This document shows positions 38,617 through 48,997 of a stretch of 64,000 nucleotides of DNA, in pieces. The position numbers and the translations under genes were made by a program. Where the stretch lies: the IMG/VR virus record IMGVR_UViG_3300035210_000190; one strand, 5' to 3'. The notes beneath the pieces are model-generated. The model saw only the letters and a list, made by a program, of their open reading frames with translations, did not search any database and was not told where the DNA came from. Position 1 is the stretch's first letter; every line of letters starts with the position of its first letter. Source of the DNA: a virus (taxonomy: Duplodnaviria; Heunggongvirae; Uroviricota; Caudoviricetes).

Positions 38617-39192
38617 ATGTCTACTATCAATGTTGGTAAACTCTCTGAAATCAAATCCAGTGTTGTATTGAAACGCAAGCTTGAACAAATCAAGTCTGGT
38701 ATCAAAATGGCCGTGAGCCAGTTGGAAAAGACGGCAGTGGTTGTTCCACAAGAATACCTGTTCACTTTCCGCATGGGTCACAAGATTTTCACCGTTGTTC
38801 CTAACACGGAAGAACTTTCCAAAGGCACCTTCGACTTGGGACAACAGCTTAAAAAACTGGAACTGGCTGACTTTCAAAAGGTCAATCTGCTGGTTGAGAT
38901 TGAATCTGTTTCTTTGGCCGACCGGCTTAACAGCATGAAATCGGATGTGTTGACCATTAAAGGTAGTGATGTTCGTTTTCGTGCAAAACACATCATCAAG
39001 CCAGCACAACCCGGCCAAGAACACCTGAACGCATGGTCGAATTTGACCGATGTTGTCTCGATTGTCGTCACCCGCCTTCCAGAAAATCCAGAAGTGCGTG
39101 TTCAAGCCGAATTGGCACACTTGAAAGACGTTATTGAAAATTCGAGCATTTTCGCAGTAGATAAAGATGAAAATCTTTTGATTAATCTGTAA
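38617..39192 (+). CDS. hypothetical protein, paralog of 25152-25706
   Basis: shared motifs. Confidence 0.65.
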   Translation: MSTINVGKLSEIKSSVVLKRKLEQIKSGIKMAVSQLEKTAVVVPQEYLFTFRMGHKIFTVVPNTEELSKGTFDLGQQLKKLELADFQKVNLLVEIESVSLADRLNSMKSDVLTIKGSDVRFRAKHIIKPAQPGQEHLNAWSNLTDVVSIVVTRLPENPEVRVQAELAHLKDVIENSSIFAVDKDENLLINL

Positions 39193-39264
39193 AAAAAGCT
39201 TGTCCAAATAAGAGTTTTTCGGTATACTACACCCATCAAATCAACGAAGTGAAGGAAATCAAAA

Positions 39265-39885
39265 ATGACGAAGACTACTGTTCTCAACCACTCCGCAATG
39301 TCCGCTAAACTGCGTAGCATCTTCACCGCTAACAAAGACATGAAGGCTGTTTCGAAAATGCTGACCCAAGAATTCACCCTGTCGAAAACCGACGTTCCAA
39401 ACGTCATGACGCTCACCATGAAAAACGGTGAAGCTCAATCGGTTACCATTATCGACAACCGTTTTGCAGTCATCAGCTACGCCAAACCGAAGGGTGCCAA
39501 GGCCAGCACGATTTTCCTGAACAAATCGACCCCAATCACTTCGCTGAAAGCCAGCAAAGTTGTGGTGGTTGACCTCGAAGAACGCACTGTCGAAAACGGC
39601 GACTCGTTTGTAGGTTTCTCGCTGAGCAACGGCGGTAACGTTCCGGTTGACTTCTTGCTGGGTAGCTCGCTGGAACTGGTCGCTGTTCGTAACTACATCA
39701 ACCACACTCAGCTCTATGTTGCCACCCTTGACAATAAAGTGCTGGTAGCTGACAACATCAAAGCAGTTCGTGCCTTCATCAACGCCGAAGTGAAAGTGGT
39801 TGCTGACGCTTTTGCCCCACGCGAAATGGAAGCCTTCGAAGCCGACATGACCACCGCTCTGGAAGGTTCGGTAGCAGCGGTTTAA
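39265..39885 (+). CDS. hypothetical protein (higher GC, probably highly expressed)
   Basis: RBS GAAGG; strong terminator 39900-39935. Confidence 0.65.
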   Translation: MTKTTVLNHSAMSAKLRSIFTANKDMKAVSKMLTQEFTLSKTDVPNVMTLTMKNGEAQSVTIIDNRFAVISYAKPKGAKASTIFLNKSTPITSLKASKVVVVDLEERTVENGDSFVGFSLSNGGNVPVDFLLGSSLELVAVRNYINHTQLYVATLDNKVLVADNIKAVRAFINAEVKVVADAFAPREMEAFEADMTTALEGSVAAV

Positions 39886-40013
39886 CCTTTCGAAGTAACC
39901 CAAAGCCCTTGACCAGTTCAGGGGCTTTTTTCATTCAAAAACAAGTTTTTTGTTGCCTTCCAAGGCCATTTTTGATATAATTATCACATCTTAAAACGAA
40001 TGAGGATTTTACA

Positions 40014-40886
40014 ATGTTCCATACCAACGGAAACCGTCGCCCTAATGCTGTTGCTTCGATTGCGATCATTCATCATGGTAAGACCTTCAATGATGTGGTT
40101 TATTTCGTAAACACCTATTTCCGTGATATTAACAATAGTCGTGCTTCGATGTTGTTGGACAAAAAGGTTTTCGCACAGGCACTATCTAAATTGAACACTG
40201 TCAACCGTGTGGAATGGAAGTCGGTTGAAGACACCTACAAAAGTGAAGGTAACTACACGTTGTTCAACATCACCAAAACAGCTTCCAAAAATGAAGCTCT
40301 GTTGAATGTCTATATCATTCCGAAAGAGATGTTGTTGGAACCGCCAAAGCAAAAAAATACCAACTTTGAAGCAAGTATGAATCCTGATTTCATCGTTCCA
40401 GAAAAACGTATCAGCCAAGGCCCGGTATTCAGTGTTTTTACGACCGAAGACATTGACGGCGTTCATTACTTCCAAAGCCAGACAGAAGCCTTGTATTACG
40501 TCAAAGGCGACCAATCTGCACTGTCTACTGTGGATGTTGTTCGTATCGGTGACGAATACTTTGAAGTGAAAGCCAAGCTGCCAGCGTTCAAAGCTGTCAA
40601 TGTGAACGAACACAAGCTATTTGCTTTCCAGCCACACAAGGCACCCAAAGGACAAACCATGTTCTCGGCCAGTGTTGAGCGGGATGACCGTAATGTTTTC
40701 AGCCATGACGTGGATAGCTTTGAAGATGGTCTTTACAAAGTGCAAGGTAGCTTGACTGGTGCTGTTTTGGTCGAAACTGTGACTAGTAAAATCAAAGGTA
40801 GCACTCGTAAAGCTTACTTCTTGAAATATGGTTCGGATGAATACAAAAAGGTAGTGGCTGAAATGTCAATGGTTACGACTGTTTAA
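40014..40886 (+). CDS. hypothetical protein
   Basis: promoter TGATATAAT; RBS GAGGA. Confidence 0.65.
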   Translation: MFHTNGNRRPNAVASIAIIHHGKTFNDVVYFVNTYFRDINNSRASMLLDKKVFAQALSKLNTVNRVEWKSVEDTYKSEGNYTLFNITKTASKNEALLNVYIIPKEMLLEPPKQKNTNFEASMNPDFIVPEKRISQGPVFSVFTTEDIDGVHYFQSQTEALYYVKGDQSALSTVDVVRIGDEYFEVKAKLPAFKAVNVNEHKLFAFQPHKAPKGQTMFSASVERDDRNVFSHDVDSFEDGLYKVQGSLTGAVLVETVTSKIKGSTRKAYFLKYGSDEYKKVVAEMSMVTTV

Positions 40887-41066
40887 TCAGTTATCACATT
40901 AAAAAAGACCTAGCGATAGGTCTTTTTTTTATTTTAAAAATTAGCCATTTTGAGAAATTTATTATCATAGTTGCAGAGTGTAAAATGTTAATATTTTTTC
41001 TTTTATTCAATAGACAAAACCTATATTTTTTGCTAAAATTAAGACAAATCACTGTGAGTCCATTTA

Positions 41067-41528
41067 ATGAAAACCATACAGATTCCTTCTGTGCCAATGC
41101 CTGAAAGCGGTCAATTGTGGCTCTACGTCGATGAGCCAGAATGTTCAGATGAGGCGACTCCATTAACGATTCTTGACGTTACTGATAATGTTGTTTATTA
41201 CACACCTGACGAAATCACTTTTGAAGATGGACAGTTTTCAGATAGAATTAGTATTCGTTCTGAACAGGGTATGGGTTATTTATCAGATGAATCATTTACA
41301 TTCAGAAAAGGGATTCCGAGTAGAATTCTTTTAGAAAAAGTGACTATCTATAAACTTCGGCTTGATTTGTTTCAAAAAGAATATCATTGTATTTCTGTTA
41401 CTGCGACAGTGTATGAATACAGTCATTTTGAGAAATTGATGCAGTCATTTTTGAAAAAAATAAAATTACGTCTTCTTCCATTTAAGATTACTAAGACTAA
41501 AAATTTGAAATCTTTTATCGACATTTAG
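41067..41528 (+). CDS. hypothetical protein
   Basis: ORF after promoter TGCTAAAAT. Confidence 0.55.
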   Translation: MKTIQIPSVPMPESGQLWLYVDEPECSDEATPLTILDVTDNVVYYTPDEITFEDGQFSDRISIRSEQGMGYLSDESFTFRKGIPSRILLEKVTIYKLRLDLFQKEYHCISVTATVYEYSHFEKLMQSFLKKIKLRLLPFKITKTKNLKSFIDI

Positions 41529-41581
41529 TCATTTTTTTGGTATAATTCATTTTATACAATAACGTCTGAAGGTGCCATAAC

Positions 41582-42364
41582 ATGTCTGCTATCAACGCCA
41601 AAGCTGTGTATGATATTTATTACAAAGAATCTTACATTCCTTTGAGTGAAACCATTCTTAGACTGAATATGTTGGCTAACTTTATTGAACAAAATTTTGG
41701 TACTTTGGCTTTTAAAAAAGCACATAAGACAAGTGATGATACCAGTGATCGTAAAGAAAGTCTCGACACCTGCAGTATTGTTGAGTCGGCTGCACAAACC
41801 GCTGAATTTAATGCCATTGGCCTTTGGATGACCTCAAAAGAAAGCACTCATGACCGTGATTTTGTTCCTACACCTTATCCACACTTCAAAACTTTCTATA
41901 AGCTGACCTATGCACCAGAAGCCACAACACAAAAAGAAGCAGACACTTTTCATAATAAATTTTTCCCAATGTCTGTTTTCTTTGGCTTGCATCCAGCGGT
42001 TTACAAATACCTCTTGTTTTCTCTGAATTATGAGTATGATTTTGGTATTTTTAAATACACCATTATTCATTGGCTCAAATCTCTTGAAATTCCTGAATTT
42101 TATTGGTCTACTTTAAAGTTTGATGAAACACAGGATAAATATTTCGATTTTGGACCAATCGCTATGGTAAAACGTATTCGACACTTTGTTAGCATTCTGG
42201 AACAATCACCTTTGACCAGTAGCTACGAAGCTACCTATAATATGCTGGATATTTCCGAAGGACAACTTGAATCAGAAGCGAATCGACTTGCTCTGAAAGT
42301 CAAAGATTTTATGAAAAAAATGTCGATTTTAAATTTTTTTGCGAATCGGTCAAAGGCCGCTTGA
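41582..42364 (+). CDS. hypothetical protein
   Basis: promoter GGTATAAT; RBS GAAGGTG. Confidence 0.6.
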   Translation: MSAINAKAVYDIYYKESYIPLSETILRLNMLANFIEQNFGTLAFKKAHKTSDDTSDRKESLDTCSIVESAAQTAEFNAIGLWMTSKESTHDRDFVPTPYPHFKTFYKLTYAPEATTQKEADTFHNKFFPMSVFFGLHPAVYKYLLFSLNYEYDFGIFKYTIIHWLKSLEIPEFYWSTLKFDETQDKYFDFGPIAMVKRIRHFVSILEQSPLTSSYEATYNMLDISEGQLESEANRLALKVKDFMKKMSILNFFANRSKAA

Positions 42365-42428
42365 TTAAAATCTAGTTTTTGATGTATACTTCAGTATCTC
42401 ATTAATTCATTACAGTTGAGGAATCATC

Positions 42429-42902
42429 ATGTATCTTGAAGAATCGAATGCCGCACCAGCAAAACGACCAATGTCCGTAAAAAAGACAGTGCCAGTTGTT
42501 GTAAAAGAAGAACCAACACCAGATGAAATGGCGTGGGCTTTTTTGGAACACTTTGGTTCACTCAATCTGCAAGAGTTTTTTAGTCATAACGATTTGTTCA
42601 ATGTGCAAGAAGTCATTCGTGAAATCAGGAACATTGAAACCTTTCAAATCGACCCACAAGAAACAGGCTACAACAACCTTCCGAAAAAAGGCTATCGTTT
42701 CGCCTACTTCCCGAATTACCTGTATGACGAGAAAAATCCCCATAGCTTTGATCCAGCAACCACTGAACTGATTGAAACTTGGGCTAAACGACATGACTAC
42801 TTCTTTTATGTTGATGATGCTTATGCGTATATCGGCATTCCAGAAGATATGTTCCCTATGCCTTATTTCAGCAAGTTTAAGACGGCTTTTGAAGACGCCT
42901 AA
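42429..42902 (+). CDS. hypothetical protein
   Basis: RBS GAGGAA. Confidence 0.6.
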   Translation: MYLEESNAAPAKRPMSVKKTVPVVVKEEPTPDEMAWAFLEHFGSLNLQEFFSHNDLFNVQEVIREIRNIETFQIDPQETGYNNLPKKGYRFAYFPNYLYDEKNPHSFDPATTELIETWAKRHDYFFYVDDAYAYIGIPEDMFPMPYFSKFKTAFEDA

Positions 42903-42929
42903 AAGTCAGTTTTCTTTAAAAATGGTGTG

Positions 42930-42968
42930 ACAGGTATTTCAAAGGATGATATACTTGTCACCTAATCG
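42930..42968 (+). promoter_or_regulatory. promoter embedded in palindrome GGTGTGACA...TTGTCACC (operator-like)
   Basis: inverted repeat arms flank a GATATACT -10 element ahead of 42976 gene. Confidence 0.4.
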
Positions 42969-42975
42969 AAAATAG

Positions 42976-43251
42976 GTGAACGTCATGGTTGATCGACATA
43001 TTGTTAAAAAATCTGCATTGGAACTGATCACTGATCAGAAAACCATGCCCGCTGATGCGACGATTGTCATTCTCGCCAGTGACGTTTTGGCTCTGCGTGA
43101 AAAACTTGGTTTTTTTGAAATTATTGCCAAAGAACACCGCGATCTTTTGCAACGTCTTCGCTATTCTGATAACGATGAAGGTGATCGTGATGCAGATCGT
43201 GCCCGCGAAACAATTCGAGTCATTAATCAAAAATTGGCTCTTAAAGTTTAA
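42976..43251 (+). CDS. hypothetical protein
   Basis: RBS AGGTGA. Confidence 0.55.
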   Translation: MNVMVDRHIVKKSALELITDQKTMPADATIVILASDVLALREKLGFFEIIAKEHRDLLQRLRYSDNDEGDRDADRARETIRVINQKLALKV

Positions 43252-43323
43252 ATATTCCTTGTAAATGTGATTTTTGATTGATATAATCATCACACACAAA
43301 CAGATACCTAAGAGGTTATCAAC

Positions 43324-43683
43324 ATGGCTACCCTTCAACAGTTGAAGAACAAAGAAATGTCCTACAACGAAACCAACAAAGAGCAATTTCACCGTGCTGG
43401 TAAAAAAGCCTTGAAAGAACTGGCTGTGAAATTGAATCTGCCAGCCGGTGGTTTTGAAGTTCGCAGCAACAAGGGCGGTATTGCAGTTTCTGGCGAAGTT
43501 ACCCTGCACAGCGAAAGCCTGTATGTTCAAATCTCCGACTCTTCTTCGGGCCGTGGTCTGCAGGTTCTGTTCCGCACTTGCAAAGGCATGAAAGATTATT
43601 CTGGTGGTCAGAACAATTTCGCTGACATCGACCGCTTCGAATCGGAAGCCTTTGTTGAACAACTGAAAAAAATGGCCGCATAA
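43324..43683 (+). CDS. hypothetical protein
   Basis: RBS AAGAGG. Confidence 0.6.
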   Translation: MATLQQLKNKEMSYNETNKEQFHRAGKKALKELAVKLNLPAGGFEVRSNKGGIAVSGEVTLHSESLYVQISDSSSGRGLQVLFRTCKGMKDYSGGQNNFADIDRFESEAFVEQLKKMAA

Positions 43684-43859
43684 CCAAACGGCTCACGAAA
43701 GACCCGGACTTGGTTCCGGGTTTTTTATTACTTCAAATAAACCTTCTCTGTCAAGCATTAAAAAAGCAATAAATCTCAGTTTTATTCGAAAAAATGCTTG
43801 TTTCATAAGCTATTCGTTGTTATAATAATCCCACTTAACCCAATCAAGGAAACAAAAAC

Positions 43860-44264
43860 ATGAAAACTTCGACACTTACTCTGCTCATCGGTGCTGTTGT
43901 TGTAGCAGTGAATGCCCTCGAAAAAAATATGCATGTTCTGGACAGCGTGACTGATTTCACTTCGATGGATCAAGACGCCAACGACCGCCTTGTCAGCAAG
44001 CATAAAGAAGTGGTTAGCCGTTTGGATGGTCTGGTTTGCACCATGCGGGCTGCTCAACTGTCGGGCGAACGTTCGGTTCACCTTGACCCAATGCAACTGC
44101 ACAGCGTCAACCGTGCGGTTCTGGATCAGATTGCTGAACTCGACAAGTCGATGGCTTATTTCTGCCAGATGGGCGAATCCGAAATGGTTGTTCGTTCCTT
44201 CCAGAACAAAATCCAAGCACTTCACATGGCCGTGTTTGAAGCCAATAGCTGGGTTCGTCGCTAA
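43860..44264 (+). CDS. hypothetical protein
   Basis: RBS AAGGAA; promoter TGTTATAAT. Confidence 0.6.
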   Translation: MKTSTLTLLIGAVVVAVNALEKNMHVLDSVTDFTSMDQDANDRLVSKHKEVVSRLDGLVCTMRAAQLSGERSVHLDPMQLHSVNRAVLDQIAELDKSMAYFCQMGESEMVVRSFQNKIQALHMAVFEANSWVRR

Positions 44265-44391
44265 CACTCAGCGACAAGTAACATAAAAAAAGGCATTCCA
44301 GTGATGGCGTGCCTTTTTTGCTTTCAATAAATCTTGTTTTTAAATTCGATAAATGCTATAATGTTGGCACTATTTAAACAACTTTCAACTT

Positions 44392-45048
44392 ATGGTGACC
44401 TTGATGAATCTGACCTATGAAGAACTTCAAACTTTAACCGACACCTATAAAGCGGATAAAGCTAAGTTGGAAGAAAAGTTTGTTGTCATCCCATTACGAC
44501 CCGAATTTCATGACGCCATCACTAAAAAGAAGGTTACACTTGTTGAGTTTCTTCATGCAATGAATGACACTTATATGCCCGAAGATGTAAAGGAAGCTCA
44601 TCAAGAAGCTATCAAAGCTACGCTTAAATTTCAAAACCTTATGAATGAAAAAATTTATATCGCACAAGTTAACAACTTGAATGTTAATGCAGAAATTCGG
44701 CAATTGAATACTGCTTATCTTGCGGCTACGGATATTCCTGAGCGTAAACTTAAATCCGTGCTGTTGATTAATAAAAAGAATATTGCTGTCGAAGACCATC
44801 CCGTGCTTATAGAAATTTACAAAACCTTGGGATTAACTCATTACACTAACGGCACTCAGCGTGACATTGTGTATTTTAACCCAGACCAGCATGATTTAAA
44901 TGGCCTGAAAAATATGTTAATCCTGAATGCACCCTCACTGTTTCAACACAACTACCCTGATTTTTGGGATTGGATAAAAGAAGAACCCGTAGACGCCAAC
45001 CCATTGACAGGTTGCATGTCGATGGTAATTCATGCTCGAAAATCTTAA
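44392..45048 (+). CDS. hypothetical protein, paralog family D (tandem with 45160)
   Basis: ~40% identity to next ORF incl. LLINKK.I..ED...L...Y..LG.T.Y.....RD.VY(F/Y)NPD; duplicated terminator GGCATTCCAGTGATGG.GTGCC. Confidence 0.7.
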   Translation: MVTLMNLTYEELQTLTDTYKADKAKLEEKFVVIPLRPEFHDAITKKKVTLVEFLHAMNDTYMPEDVKEAHQEAIKATLKFQNLMNEKIYIAQVNNLNVNAEIRQLNTAYLAATDIPERKLKSVLLINKKNIAVEDHPVLIEIYKTLGLTHYTNGTQRDIVYFNPDQHDLNGLKNMLILNAPSLFQHNYPDFWDWIKEEPVDANPLTGCMSMVIHARKS

Positions 45049-45159
45049 TTTTACAAAATATGGGCATTCCATATGGAGTGCCTTTTTCTTTTTAAGAATG
45101 TTGATTTTGTAGATTTTCAATGCTATAATTTCTCATTATTTTAGTAATCCAACCTACCT

Positions 45160-45819
45160 ATGGTGATAACAATGACATTAACTGTTGAAGACATTAAAAA
45201 ACTGACGGCTACTTTTGAAGTAGACAAAGCTGCACTGCAAGCTAAAATCCAGCGTGCTCCTGATTCTCCAGAGATTTGGTATGAAGAGCATGAAGACAGT
45301 CGTTCACTTGCTGATATTGTTCGTGGGTTGAGCACTGACTCTATGCCACCAGAAGCGTTTGCTATGCATGAAAAACTCATTGCTGATCTTGAATGTTTTG
45401 GCAATATCATTAATAAAAAAATTTCCGAAGTGTCGGATCACAACGCTCGGATTTATAGCCAAATTGAAAAACTGAACAAAGATTTCTTGGCAGCTATCCG
45501 CGTCCCTGAGAGCGATTTGGGAGCCGCTTTGCTCATCAACAAGAAAATCATCGATCCAGAAGATTATGACAAACTGGTGGCTGTCTACCGTGAGCTTGGC
45601 TTCACGAATTACAGTATCAAGGCTCAGCGTGACACCGTTTATTACAACCCTGATAAATGGCACTTCAATACGCTGAAAGATGAGATCTTTAATACGCTTT
45701 CGAAAGACTTGCGTAAAAAATATCCGACATTCCTGAATTTTATTCAGAACAGTGTTGTCAACACTAACCCAACTTATGGTAGTGGTCTTATTCATGTGAT
45801 GGAAGCTCGCCAAGAGTAA
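45160..45819 (+). CDS. hypothetical protein, paralog family D
   Basis: paralogy. Confidence 0.7.
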   Translation: MVITMTLTVEDIKKLTATFEVDKAALQAKIQRAPDSPEIWYEEHEDSRSLADIVRGLSTDSMPPEAFAMHEKLIADLECFGNIINKKISEVSDHNARIYSQIEKLNKDFLAAIRVPESDLGAALLINKKIIDPEDYDKLVAVYRELGFTNYSIKAQRDTVYYNPDKWHFNTLKDEIFNTLSKDLRKKYPTFLNFIQNSVVNTNPTYGSGLIHVMEARQE

Positions 45820-45956
45820 TAAGTTACTTGGTTAATTAGAAGGCATTCCAGTGATGGAGTGCCTTTTTTATTCGTGTCTTAAAAAAGTCAGGTTGCAATC
45901 AACTATTTTCAGGCACAAAAAAACCGGAATTAACCGGCTTTTCATTTCTGATGTAT

Positions 45957-46214
45957 TTAGCTTTTAGCTTCAACAGACGTAACACGTTCAACCAAATCAG
46001 TCATTGGACGTTTCAGTGTCTTGCCACGGTGACACCATGCTTCAAGGCCGCGATTCACTACACGCCAAGCGTTATACGTGTTGACACAATACCACTCGCC
46101 GTTTTCAAAACGATACCAGCTTTCCGCATATTGAAAGTCTTCACTTTCAGGAGCGTAGTGTGTGGTGCCAGCAGGAGCTTCATGCCACGGAATTTCTTTT
46201 TCAAGTGTGCTCAT
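45957..46214 (-). CDS. hypothetical Trp-rich protein on minus strand
   Basis: minus-strand promoter TGTATTATAAT (rc of 46230-46262); minus terminator CCGGTTAATTCCGG+T7 (rc of 45918-45945). Confidence 0.55.
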   Translation of the reverse strand: MSTLEKEIPWHEAPAGTTHYAPESEDFQYAESWYRFENGEWYCVNTYNAWRVVNRGLEAWCHRGKTLKRPMTDLVERVTSVEAKS

Positions 46215-46355
46215 TGTTAAGGTTCCATTAAGTAGTTTTGGATACCTATTATAATACAATTGACCATAAAAAACAATCTTTAAAAAAACGAGTAAATCTT
46301 GAAAAAATACAGTTATTCTGTTATAATTAGGTCATTACTTACAGAGGTTAATCTC

Positions 46356-46799
46356 ATGTGCAAGCCGACCCTTTCCGCTTCCGAAGTTGAATGCAACATT
46401 AGCAAAATTGCCAAACTGGTGCGTGAACGTGTTTCGGCTGCAGATTACCCTCATCAGGCTATCACCAATAAATTGCTTCATAGTTCTAAGCGTGATTGTC
46501 TCGACAATGATTTAGTGTTCACCTCCGAAATCCTCAACAACCCCAACATGTATTTCGACCTTGATCCAGAATTGTTCTTTATGGTCACTCAACGTCCAAG
46601 TTGGGAATCGGCCCCGGAATGGGCTAATTTCTTGACAGGTAGCCTTGATGGTTTTTGGAGCTGGCATGAGAAACGTCCAACTTTCAACAACCGTGAAATG
46701 TATCGCCCTTGTGGCCGTATGAAATCAGTTGATACTGGCATGATGAACGCTCTTTGGTTGGGCAAAATCTTTGAACGGCCTGTTCTGGTGACTGAATGA
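46356..46799 (+). CDS. hypothetical protein
   Basis: promoter TGTTATAAT; RBS AGAGGT. Confidence 0.6.
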   Translation: MCKPTLSASEVECNISKIAKLVRERVSAADYPHQAITNKLLHSSKRDCLDNDLVFTSEILNNPNMYFDLDPELFFMVTQRPSWESAPEWANFLTGSLDGFWSWHEKRPTFNNREMYRPCGRMKSVDTGMMNALWLGKIFERPVLVTE

Positions 46800-47221
46800 C
46801 TGTTTTGCAGGTGGGTGATATTTTCGAGTATCACCAATTTAGTGATTCATACCTTGCTTTTGTCGCTAAAGATGAACGGATTGTTCTTTTTAAACCAGCA
46901 ACGGCATATAGTCAATATTACTTAAAATATTGTGCTCCATTATCTGAATCCATTCATGCCCAGCATGTTGACAAAATTCAATTTAAAAAACTCCAATTGG
47001 ATAATATGCCCGATGATTTTAAAGCCTGTTATGCACAAGAATTTTCAACGTTGAAAAAAGGTTCGAAAGTGGAATTCAATTATTGTGGAACCATTATTTC
47101 TGGTGTTGTTGTTCAGCGTCATACATTAGTGATGGCGAAATTTTCTCTTAATTCAACCATCATTCATATCACGGCAGAACCTTATCTTTTCGCTCATAAA
47201 ACTGATTTATGTGTAGCATGA
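46796..47221 (+). CDS. hypothetical protein (translationally coupled, ATGA overlap)
   Basis: start overlaps upstream stop. Confidence 0.55.
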   Translation: MTVLQVGDIFEYHQFSDSYLAFVAKDERIVLFKPATAYSQYYLKYCAPLSESIHAQHVDKIQFKKLQLDNMPDDFKACYAQEFSTLKKGSKVEFNYCGTIISGVVVQRHTLVMAKFSLNSTIIHITAEPYLFAHKTDLCVA

Positions 47222-47276
47222 GACTTAGGTTTCTGTTACAATAGATTTAACATCAATAGAACAAGGCAACGCCATC

Positions 47277-47771
47277 ATGAAATCATTCAAAAAAGACGAA
47301 AAAATTCCCGGCTGTGGTTATTTCTTTGTGCGTGAACGTGGTGTTGATGGTATTCATGCTTTCGAAAAGCACCGTCGCCTTCGTGTCTTTTTTCATAAAG
47401 GTTTATCTTGTGTAACGCCCAACTGCCAGAATATCGGAAATCGGTTGATTTTCTCCCGTGATAGCCAAGGTGGTGGACATTGGGACTTGTTTACTGACGA
47501 TATGGTTTTGATGACCATTGACCATATTACTGCCAAGAAAAATGGCGGTAGCAATGAACTTGAAAACCTTCAGCCTATGTGCTGCCACTGTAATACTACG
47601 AAAGGTCATCAGGTTATCACGCTGGATGAACTGGCCGTCCAAATGCTCGATTTTGAGGCAAGAATGGATGCTAAAAAGCAAAAAAAACGTGAACGTCGAG
47701 ATCCTGTTGTTATTGCAAGGAAAAGAGAAGAACGGAAGCAAAAACGCGAAATGGTTGCCACAGCAGCTTAA
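47277..47771 (+). CDS. HNH endonuclease (free-standing homing-type)
   Basis: DHITAKKNGGSNELENLQPMCCHCNTTKGH canonical HNH motif; basic C-terminal tail. Confidence 0.8.
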   Translation: MKSFKKDEKIPGCGYFFVRERGVDGIHAFEKHRRLRVFFHKGLSCVTPNCQNIGNRLIFSRDSQGGGHWDLFTDDMVLMTIDHITAKKNGGSNELENLQPMCCHCNTTKGHQVITLDELAVQMLDFEARMDAKKQKKRERRDPVVIARKREERKQKREMVATAA

Positions 47772-47858
47772 AAAAACTATCAAAAGCCGCCTTCTTGGCG
47801 GTTTTTTGTTTCATTAAACTTAATTTTGTGCTATAATTACGCCAAATTAGGAGGATTT

Positions 47859-48665
47859 ATGGCTATCAGCAATCCCATTACCGCAACGCGAAAATACTTT
47901 TCAGACAAGATTGATAGTTTCTATATCAATGCACTCTGTCCTGTCAATAATCGTTTGGCTTGGTGTATGCGGGATATGATGAAGGCCACGCCTAACCGTA
48001 AAACGTGGAATCGTTTTTTTGTTGATAGTGACTTTGACCTTCTTCGTCATGCGGGTGAGGACATTGGCATTTTGTCTGATCAGCGTGATGCTGTCATGCT
48101 ATTCAATAATAATTATGTTGCATCCCTTAACATTACCTATCCTGATAAGTTCTTGGATTTGAGCAATCAAGTGCTCCAAGTGGCTTATATGGCGGCTTAT
48201 TACTATCCAGCCAGTAAAAATGAATCAGTCATGATGGATAATTCAATCGGGCTTATTCAAAGTAAAAAAGGCACGTTGCATCATGTTTATGAATTTCAAC
48301 GTAGCACTTACTACAAAAATAGTGGTTTTGACCATTGCACACAAATTTTAAAACGAAAAGGCCACGATGATATTTTCATTTGCCGTTTTGAAGTTGGTTC
48401 GATTTACGAAAATGAAAAAGTTAGTGTTTTTGTAGGTTATGACAATGAAAATCTGTATTACAATTACCATCCCAGTGAATCTGGATCTGTTTTTACCGTC
48501 ACACCTATGAAAACTGATGACTTGATGACTAAATTTAAAATCGTCACTCGGGATGAACTTTTTAAAAATCTGACTGTCGATTTGATTGGTTTTATGACTG
48601 GCGTTAAACCCGCTACCATTCCAACTCAGCGTGATAAGCTTCTTTTAGACATGATTGAAATCTAA
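47859..48665 (+). CDS. hypothetical protein
   Basis: RBS AGGAGG. Confidence 0.65.
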   Translation: MAISNPITATRKYFSDKIDSFYINALCPVNNRLAWCMRDMMKATPNRKTWNRFFVDSDFDLLRHAGEDIGILSDQRDAVMLFNNNYVASLNITYPDKFLDLSNQVLQVAYMAAYYYPASKNESVMMDNSIGLIQSKKGTLHHVYEFQRSTYYKNSGFDHCTQILKRKGHDDIFICRFEVGSIYENEKVSVFVGYDNENLYYNYHPSESGSVFTVTPMKTDDLMTKFKIVTRDELFKNLTVDLIGFMTGVKPATIPTQRDKLLLDMIEI

Positions 48666-48735
48666 GTCATAGGAAGTTGTTGCCAAAACATGGTTTTTTG
48701 GTTATAATAGCTTATCAATCAGGAGTTACATCTAC

Positions 48736-48939
48736 ATGACCAATAAAACAGTTAAACGCGAAGGTGTTGTCCATCTTACACTAAATGGTAAAATTTCCAG
48801 TGTTAAGTTTGCTGTTTCTAGTGATCTTCATGTTGATTTTCCCCGTGGTGGTTTTGGTGGGCATGTTGATAACGAACCCATGCAATTACCTGTCATGCGA
48901 GAGTTAAAAGAAGAACGAAAAGGCTTTCTATATTGGTAA
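48736..48939 (+). CDS. hypothetical protein
   Basis: promoter GGTTATAAT; RBS AGGAG. Confidence 0.55.
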   Translation: MTNKTVKREGVVHLTLNGKISSVKFAVSSDLHVDFPRGGFGGHVDNEPMQLPVMRELKEERKGFLYW

Positions 48940-48997
48940 CAATTGTGTAGAATATAGCTATTAGCAAGATATTAAATTATTAAGGAGTTTCACCTTT

